Made by a program: the position numbers and the translations under genes
Notes under the pieces: generated by a model
What the model was told of the DNA's origin: nothing
What the model saw: only the letters and a program-made list of their open reading frames with translations
Database searches by the model: none
DNA from: Eledone cirrhosa
Lineage: Eukaryota
Assembly: GCA_964016885.1 (NCBI GenBank)
Contig: OZ024743.1
Location: 71,548,001-71,612,000 of the forward strand
Direction of reading: 5' to 3'
DNA length: 64,000 nt
Part shown: positions 55,775 to 64,000 of the stretch, in pieces
Layout of the letters: each line of letters begins with the position of its first letter
Position numbering within the stretch: position 1 is the first letter of the stretch

Positions 55775-55992
55775 ATGGTTTCTAATATAGGCATAAGGCC
55801 AGCAATTTTGGGGGAGGGGGAAATAAATTAAATCGACCCTAGTGCATAAATGGTATTTTATTTTATAGACCCCGTAAGGATGAAAGGCAAAATTAACCTC
55901 GGCAGGATTTGAACTTAGATCATAAAGGGTCGTACACTTGCTCCAAAGCATGGCGCCCAACCCTCTACTGATACTGCCAATCCACCGCCTTA
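55775..55992 (-). mobile_element. full-length family A SINE
   Basis: Head through tail; similar flanks ATACTGATGAAAAATAAT / ATACGGATGAAAAATAAT suggest a target-site duplication. Confidence 0.85.
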
Positions 55993-56554
55993 ATACGGAT
56001 GAAAAATAATAATTATTATTTTTTTTCAAATGTTTTATCTTTATTTACTTCGAGGTAGCGAATTTCAGAGTTGTTTGAACGACAGATAGAGCGCTTTGTG
56101 TACTTTCTGACTCTCTACACTCTGAGTTCAAATCCCACAGAGGTAAAGTTTGCCTCTCATCCTTCGAATGGCGATAAAAAAAGTACCAATCCTGTACTAG
56201 GATCAGTTCTTCCTCTTACTTATTTACTTACTTACTTATTTACTTTCTATCACTCCACCTTTTTATCTTTCTCTCTCTCTCTCTTCTTTGCTGGGAGAAA
56301 TCAGTCGTGTTCAAACATGGAGAAGGGATTGGCTCCGCCATGTTTAAAATTCCCAAGAAACGCCGTATGTCACTACGATATCACAAAAAGAGAATTATTT
56401 TCCCAGTTCCTATAGAATAAAGTACCAGTCGTGTACTGGGATTGATACCATCGACGTTACCTATCCTCCAACGTTTTAAACTGTGCGCCTATAACAACGG
56501 CATTCGTATTATGAAATATAGATTGCTTAAATTGAGTAAAAAATAATATTTAAG

Positions 56555-56698
56555 CTCATTTCTATAGCTGAGTAAACTGGAGCAACTTGAAATAAAGTGT
56601 CTTTCTCAAGGAAACAACACATCACCCGGTCCGAGAATTGAACTCACACCCTTTCGATTCCAAGCCCAATGCTCTAATCACTAAGCCATGCGCCTTCG
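56555..56698 (-). mobile_element. family B SINE
   Basis: Reverse complement of 52108-52255. Confidence 0.8.
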
Positions 56699-57161
56699 AG
56701 AAATCACTAACATAAAATGATAAACTTGTAGGCACTGGGTATAACTAATACAAATTTCTTGAATACGAAACTCATTCATTCAGCCCCATTACTCTCTGTG
56801 GAGTATAGGCCATTGACGACCCTCTGCCATCTACATTACCCTGGGCTGCTCTCGCGACTACACTCCAGTTGGCTTCCAGGTTTTTAATCCAGCCCCAGTG
56901 TCACGTCTCCAGCTGCCATGGGGCCGGGGTACATCGACTCCAGCTCTATTTCCTGAATACGAGACTGGTATCTATTAAACCATGTGTAAGAATTACAAAG
57001 GTGTCGCCCACTGTTTTAAAAGGTGAAAAAAAAGAAATATCCAATCTAATAATTTAGAATAATCTAAGAAAAACAAAACTCCAAATATTTCTCTATCTTA
57101 ACAGCAGCAACAATAAAACTATGAATAAATATACAACTCGATGTTGTATATTTAATGAATA

Positions 57162-57642
57162 CTAGCAGAAAAACCACCCCTCGGGTAGTTTTTCTGCTAG
57201 CATGTGTAGTGATATTGATATTATACGCAAGTATATATACATGTAGATATGATACATCAAATAAAATCGTAATTGACAATATACACAGAAATTGAACGAA
57301 GACTGTGTTAGAATCTCTTATGTAATCAGTAACGTAATCCATGATACATTAAAAAAACACGATATTATATATAAACTGCATTAGGAGAAAATTAGTGACG
57401 GAAGTATATGAATGTTTATTTAAGCGATCGCTAACCGGAAGTGTTGAGATTTGAAAATTGTAAAGAAGTGAATCTTTAAATAAACAATAAAATATATTTA
57501 ATCAAAAGTTACGAAATTTAGTAGATAAATTATGTAATATTTATTCATTATTTATTCAAAGTAATCCAACTTATTTTACAAACGGGATAAAAAATAATAT
57601 TCTGGATGCAGTCCCGCACTCCTTTCTTTATTATAGTTAAGA
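57162..57642 (-). mobile_element. non-autonomous Helitron (copy 2)
   Basis: Minus strand TC...CTAG termini, subterminal hairpin, A|T insertion site; homologous to 12172-12752. Confidence 0.8.
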
Positions 57643-57661
57643 TTCCTTTCATATTTTTCAG

Positions 57662-57883
57662 GAACCTCCGTTTATTCAAGAAAGGAATTCCACTGACTAT
57701 CTAAATGACGATCCAGTTATATCAAAAAACAATATTCAGTTGGAAGGATTTTGTATTGATATACTTAAGGCCATGTCTAAAGTTTTGAAATTTCAATTCG
57801 AAATTTATCTGGCACCGGATGGAAAATATGGCAGCAAGAAAAAAAAAGGCTGGACAGGAATGATTCGAGAACTAATTTATAAC
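57662..57883 (+). CDS. iGluR exon (S1 ligand-binding lobe)
   Basis: TTTTTCAG/GTAAGT boundaries, 222 bp; EPPF...LEGFCIDILKAMSKVLKFQFEIYLAPDGKYGS....GWTGMIRELI. Confidence 0.95.
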
Positions 57884-58045
57884 GTAAGTATCTTCTATTA
57901 AATTATAGGCTGATTAGAACTAATTGTTAACGTAAGTATCCCCTATTACATTATAGGCTGATTAGAACTAATTGATAATGTAAATGACCTCTATCACATT
58001 ATAGGGTGATTAGAATTAATTGATTACGTAAGTATCCCCTATCAT
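57868..58045 (+). repeat. 48-bp minisatellite that duplicates the exon 5' splice site
   Basis: GT donors at 57884, 57932, 57980 and 58028 (AAC|GTAAGT, AAC|GTAAGT, AAT|GTAAAT, TAC|GTAAGT). Confidence 0.85.
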
Positions 58046-58049
58046 GTAT

Positions 58050-58305
58050 CAGAGTCCTCAAATACTCCTTCCAGCGGATCCTGTCAGAAGCAAGCTTCTG
58101 CAACTGATCCGGCTGGATCTCCATGTGAGACCAACCAATCTCATGGATGTTAACCAACCATCTTGCTCGGGGGTCCTACCCCTGGTCTCCTGTCGGTTGG
58201 TTTTGCCCTTAAAATCTGTCTAGTTCTCCTTTCGTGAGACTTTCTAACCATATGCCCATAATATCGGATCTGTGATCTCCCAATGGCCAGTTTGCGTAAG
58301 AACCC
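58050..58305 (-). mobile_element. 3' fragment of an RTE-X-like LINE
   Basis: RSQIRYYGHMVRK..RRTRQILRAKPTDRRPGVGPP. Confidence 0.7.
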
Positions 58306-58364
<59 letters not shown>

Positions 58365-58598
58365 TTGTTTTCTTTATTAAAAATCGACTCTGAAACATTA
58401 TACTTTAGAGTTTCTCCTGGACTCACAATGTCATTACACAACTCATGTCGTAGGTCACTGTGTCTTTGGCTTCCATCCTTTTGATGGTGATAAAATAAAG
58501 TACCAGTAAATTACTGGGGTTTATATAATCGAGTTTTCTCCTTCGCACAATTGCTGGCCTTGTCCCTAAATTATTAAGCATTAATATTATTATTACAA

Positions 58599-58633
<35 letters not shown>

Positions 58634-58644
58634 TGTTTTTTCAG

Positions 58645-59468
58645 AAAGCTGATGTGGCTTTGGCCCCATTCAGCGTTACACCCGAGCGATCGCACGTGGT
58701 GGACTTTACCAAGTCATTCATGACGAAAGGAACAACTGTGGTTGTAAAAAAGCCCCAAAGAACAGTGTGGATGTTTCAGTTTTTATTTCCATTATCCAAC
58801 TATGTGTGGATTGCAATATTTTTATCTTTTCTCGTGGTAAGCCTTGCTTTGTTTGGCGTGAGTCGAGTGAACTCTGACAAACATCGCAAGTATACGCACA
58901 ACTTCCTCGAGAGCTTCTGGTATATATGGGGAACTTTACTGCGGGGAAGTCTCAAAAGTTCTCCATTAGCAGTGTCTAGTAGAATAATAAGTAGTTCATG
59001 GTGGCTTTTTTCACTGATTATCATATCTGTGTACACAGCCAACCTCGCTGCTTTTCTCACTGTTACTAACATTTATTTACCTATAGAAAATGCAGCAGAT
59101 TTAGCGTATCAAACTGCCTATGACTATGGAACGGTAAATGAAAGCCAAATTGAAGATTTTTTCAAGCACACCAATATTAGTCATTATAGTAAGATGTGGC
59201 TTCATATGAGGTTCAACCCCGACAGCATTGTACAGAGGGTTGAGGAAGGATTAGCTAGAGCCAGAAACACCAAATATGCCTTTATCTGGGATTCTCCGAC
59301 ACTTCGATGGGAAATCGCCGACAAATGCGATCTTATGGAAATCGGGAATCCATTCGATTTAAAAGGTTATGGATTCGCTGTACGGAAAAACACAGCCTAT
59401 ACGGAGGCACTGTCAAATGCCATTTTAAAACTGGGTGACGCTGGTGAACGACAGAAGAGTGAGGGCAA
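58645..59468 (+). CDS. iGluR exon (end of S1, M1, pore loop M2, M3, S2)
   Basis: TTTTTCAG/GTAAGT boundaries; KADVALAPFSVTPERSHVVDFTKSFM, SFWYIWGTLLRG, WWLFSLIIISVYTANLAAFLT, YGTV, YAFIWDS, KGYGFA. Confidence 0.97.
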
Positions 59469-59967
59469 GTAAGTATGTTTTATATTTTAAAAATATTTTT
59501 TGGTTACGCAAGAATACACCTACTAGATCAATATAGAATCTAATCGATTCGCCACCACCCTAAATAAAAACAAACAAAAAACAACGACCAAGAAAACATC
59601 TGTATTCCACAACATTATATATTCGTATATTCAGTCATATTTACTCAGACATTAAATATGACTACATTTATATACTCATCAGTACAGTCTCGGCTATCCA
59701 CTATGTATGTATACTGATATAACTTAATCGTATATTTTAGTTGTTAGCACACGTCATAAAACACACACACACACACATACACACACACGCACACAAACAC
59801 ACACTCACACACGCACGCACACACACACATACACACATACACACACACACACATACACACAGTTTGTCCTTATTCGCATTGTGTTTCGTTTTGCCTTGTT
59901 TTCGATCTTTCCTTTGTCCACTTTATATTAATTTTCATATATTTATCACACACACATACACATCACA

Positions 59968-60087
<120 letters not shown>

Positions 60088-60139
60088 CTATATATATGTA
60101 TATATATATCTATATAGAAAAAGGTATGACCTCGAGGTC

Positions 60140-60303
60140 AGAGCTCAAGCCGTTTCGACGGCTATTTCTGGACTCACTCTACTACCTTAAGTATTGAGTA
60201 CTCTGGTACGTTATGGGGTAATAGGAACGAGTAGGACCCCGACGGCTGAGCTCAGGCCGTTTCGAAACGGCCTAAGCTCAGCCGTCGGGGTCCTTCTCGT
60301 TCC

Positions 60304-60306
<3 letters not shown>
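60140..60306. mobile_element. rearranged family C pLTR with a palindrome at 60221-60306
   Basis: Symmetry centre TTTCGAAA at 60260-60267, directly on the hammerhead GAAAC. Confidence 0.75.
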
Positions 60307-60388
<82 letters not shown>

Positions 60389-60471
60389 GAGAGAGAGAGG
60401 TAGATCACTAGAAGGTAATATCCGTAGTGGTAGAGCACTCAGTCCATGGGACGAGTTTGGTAGAAGTGATT

Positions 60472-60604
60472 ACACAACAGTTAGTTGACCATACCGAGAA
60501 CAATTGTTGCACCTTATGCGGATCTTCAACTTGGACTGGTAATCCGCTGAAGATCCGCATAAGGTGAAACAATTGTTCTCGGTATGGTGAACTAACTGTT
60601 GTGT
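60472..60604. repeat. fold-back palindrome containing a hammerhead core (60544-60582)
   Basis: CTGAAGA-TCC GCATAA GGT-GAAACAATTGTT in the right arm, with a mirrored copy in the left arm. Confidence 0.75.
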
Positions 60605-60609
60605 TACTA

Positions 60610-60669
<60 letters not shown>

Positions 60670-60833
60670 GATAAATCTACAAAAATATACGGTAGTGTCC
60701 AATCCGTATGAAGAACTCAATGTAATCCAAATATGAAAAGAGAAGATGCATTGAAAGGTTTTTATTATTTTGAATTTTTTAATATAAGGAACTTGTTCTT
60801 TGTTTTTATTCATATATATATATGTATGTTTTT

Positions 60834-60945
<112 letters not shown>

Positions 60946-61925
60946 TTCAAGAGAACCAATCTTAAAGAGAGAGATGGAGATAGGAGAGGAGAGATTGGTG
61001 AATTAGTTAGAAGCCAATAATGACATATAGTCATCTGATCCAGAAATATTATATGGAGTAGCGAAACAATTGTAAACGGACAATTTGCTGGCCTTGTGCC
61101 TAAAGTAGAAACAATTATTATTAATATTATTATTATTATTATTATCTACATTCCTTACATCAAACTAAAATATGTTGACAATCTTTTAATAATGTCTTCC
61201 TTGTGAAATTTGTGGTCTTGTTTTGCTTAACTAATGAATATATATATATATATATATATATAAATTTTAGTACAGCATTAACGAAGCCTTTGGCTGCGGC
61301 TGAGCTAACGAATGCAGATTCGGAATGCAGCTTAACACTCGATGAAGAATAACACCCCAGAATTATAACAATACGTTTAGACAGCTTTGCAAATCAAATA
61401 TAACGGCTTACAGTCCAGCCGCATTGCCATAGCAACGAAATAAACTGAACTCAGGGAAAGATTTTGACTGACCTGGTCCATCACGTGGACATCGAATGCA
61501 ACACATAACGCATAACGTATACCATACAATATGCATCACATATAACATACAACATCTACGCTAGGTTTCTGTAAATCCGAGATCGACTAAATCCGCTTGC
61601 AGGGCTCTGCAAGTTAATGGCCTTTGACGACAGAACAAAGGATTTACTTCGTCAGCAAGTCTTGCGTTCTATAGCCTCGGCAGGTGTGTTTTCTAACAGT
61701 AATTTTCGCTATAGACACGTGGTTTTCTCAAAGGGAGGTGAATTCGAAATTTGGGACAAAGGAATGAAATTCCCTTAGACAAAACGAATTAAGCACTCAA
61801 CAAGAGTTATCAAACTAACATAAACAATTAATCAATCAATAGAATTGTCTAATTAAATTAATCAGTTAATATATATATATATATATATTAATAAAAAAAA
61901 AAAGAGGTGTGACACACGAGTTGTG

Positions 61926-62293
61926 ATATATTAATAAAAAGGAAAAGAAAATGCTGACAAATTTTTCCCAGTGAAAAATAGTTTAATTAGGAATAAGTAT
62001 AAATTAGTAATAAGTATTGGTTAGTATTCAGTTTTAGTTTTAAGTTTTTACCGGTTGCGCATTTCTAATGCTTTTCAAAAATAATTTTGAGATAGAGAGC
62101 TCGTGAGCAAACATCACGAGCGCTCTATCTCAAAATTATTTTTGAAAAGCATTAGAAATGCGCAACCGGTAAAAACTTAAAACTAAAACTGAATACTAAC
62201 CAATACTTATTACTAATTTATACTTATTCCTAATTAAACTATTTTTCACTGGGAAAAATTTGTCAGCATTTTCTTTTCCTTTTTACTAATATA
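61926..62293. repeat. near-perfect palindrome with arms of about 180 bp, related to 45382-45657
   Basis: Loop GCAAACA at 62107-62113; shares TTTTGAAAAGCA and G(C/A)AACCGGTA with the 45.5-kb element. Confidence 0.9.
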
Positions 62294-62319
62294 TATATAT
62301 ATATATATATGTATACATC

Positions 62320-62457
62320 ATTATTTAATATAGCATTGTCTTCTACATGACTAGAACTGTTTCAGTCGTATGAAATCATAAGGAATGCGCATTCTTGATG
62401 ATTTCATAGAGGTGAAACAGTTCTAGTCCCATAGAAGTCATTTCTATATTAAATAAT
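62320..62457. repeat. fold-back palindrome with a hammerhead 3' half-core
   Basis: GACTAGAACTGTTTC / GAAACAGTTCTAGTC (62414-62428); centre AATGCGCATT. Confidence 0.8.
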
Positions 62458-62555
62458 ACTAATGTATTCAGTACTTTTTAAACTTTTGTTATCCCCGATT
62501 TCACTCGAGACCCTCTCTCTCCTCTCTGTATATATATATTATTTCATTGTTTTAA

Positions 62556-62660
<105 letters not shown>

Positions 62661-63277
62661 GGTATAAATATAATATATCTATATATACACAAAATTGAAA
62701 TATAAATTCGACAGAATTTTACTTTTCAATAGTGTATCATAATTATAAGACAGTTGTATTATACATTTTTAAATTTACAAATGGATGAGAATATAACGTG
62801 TTTGTCTTAAAGTATCACAAATAAATATATTGTTATGTTTAATCCGTAACGTGTATATGTTTGTATAATCGAAAACAATTAGAAAGAATATGACAATAGA
62901 CTGAAAATTCGATCTATAAATTAAATTTCATTATTGTCGCAAAATATGGAACTTTGTAAACACAAAAGTTTTAGGTTAATAACGTATTAAGTTTCGCTGA
63001 GAAACAACAAAGGAGGGAGGTGTTATAAATCTCAAAATCACCGGCTATTATTAAGAATAAAATATCAATTTATGTCTGAATGAACGTAAGATAAAAGAGT
63101 AAAGTATGGAATCTGACAGGAAGTGAGAAAATGCCATGATAGCACGCAGAAGTTAAAACTATTTTGATGTAATTATAGAAAAGGTGGACAGTAAAATACT
63201 GACTAATAGATTTCAAATATTTTAGAGTTCTAAAAACCCCGTGTCAACAAAATAGAGAGTAACTGCTGCTCCTCCTC

Positions 63278-63322
<45 letters not shown>

Positions 63323-63589
63323 TTTATTCGCCCACCTATTCCTGAGAGGGTCACGGGGGCCGAACAGCAAGGAAGTTGATGACGCTTCAATAAGTTTCAA
63401 GTGTAAAAGCAAGCAACCCTGTATGTTTGAAAATGTGAAGAATCGTATGGAATCTATCAGTGGTTTGTGGAATGAAAATAGATCTAAGTCCAATCTCTAA
63501 AGTATATCTCAAACCATGAGGCTCGTCAGGCCGTGGCATGATGCGACTGAATGTACAAGAGCTTCCCATGGACAGAACGTCAGTCCAAT

Positions 63590-63765
63590 GCAATATTAAG
63601 CCTCCAGCTACTGCTGGTACTCATTTTCAGCTGGGTATACTAGAACAACGTAAAGTAAAAGGTTTTATTCAAGAACACAACGCATAAACCAGTCCAGGAA
63701 TCTAACCCATGACATTGTGATAGCAAGTCCAACACCGTTACCACTAAATCACGCATCTCCACAAA
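63590..63765 (-). mobile_element. degenerate family B-like SINE
   Basis: Minus strand GTGATTTAGTGGTAACGGTGTTGGACTT..GTTAGATTCCTGGACTGG..TTGTGTTCTTGAATAA. Confidence 0.65.
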
Positions 63766-64000
63766 TGAAGAGAGGACAACATTTTAAACTATTGTCTTAA
63801 ACAGCAAGATATCGTATAATATATGGGAAATATATAAACCTCAGCGGGATCGATTGATTCCGTACTAATATCGATATCTGTATAGACGTATCACAGAAGA
63901 GAATATATTCTATATGTAATATAATATCAGTATCTGTACTTTTGTAGAAGGCAATCGATTCGTCAAACAGGTGGGGATTGGTTCAATTATCGACCAGTAA

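Overview
AT-rich, microsatellite-laden animal genomic DNA; the SINE, RTE, Dong and Penelope repertoire suggests a cephalopod (octopus-like) genome, which is an inference. The only host gene I can support is a + strand ionotropic glutamate receptor (iGluR)-family gene. Four internal exons are visible (31897-32001, 55415-55543, 57662-57883, 58645-59468), and the gene begins and ends outside what I can assign. It carries a genomically encoded Arg (CGG) at the pore Q/R site and a GluN1/GluD-like 'WD' ligand pocket. Most of the rest appears to be intron filled with mobile DNA: an intact two-ORF Tx1/L1-clade LINE, degraded RTE and R4/Dong LINEs, bipartite non-autonomous RTE derivatives, two tRNA-SINE families (one copy with its head amplified 22 times), two non-autonomous Helitrons, a piggyBac MITE and several Penelope-like element (PLE) families. 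The most striking unannotated layer is about a dozen type I hammerhead-ribozyme motifs in PLE pseudo-LTRs. Alongside them are about nine short fold-back palindromes beside (TA)n tracts, most of which are centred on the ribozyme helix II and carry the GAAAC..GUH half-core on both arms. All calls were made by eye, so boundaries are approximate.
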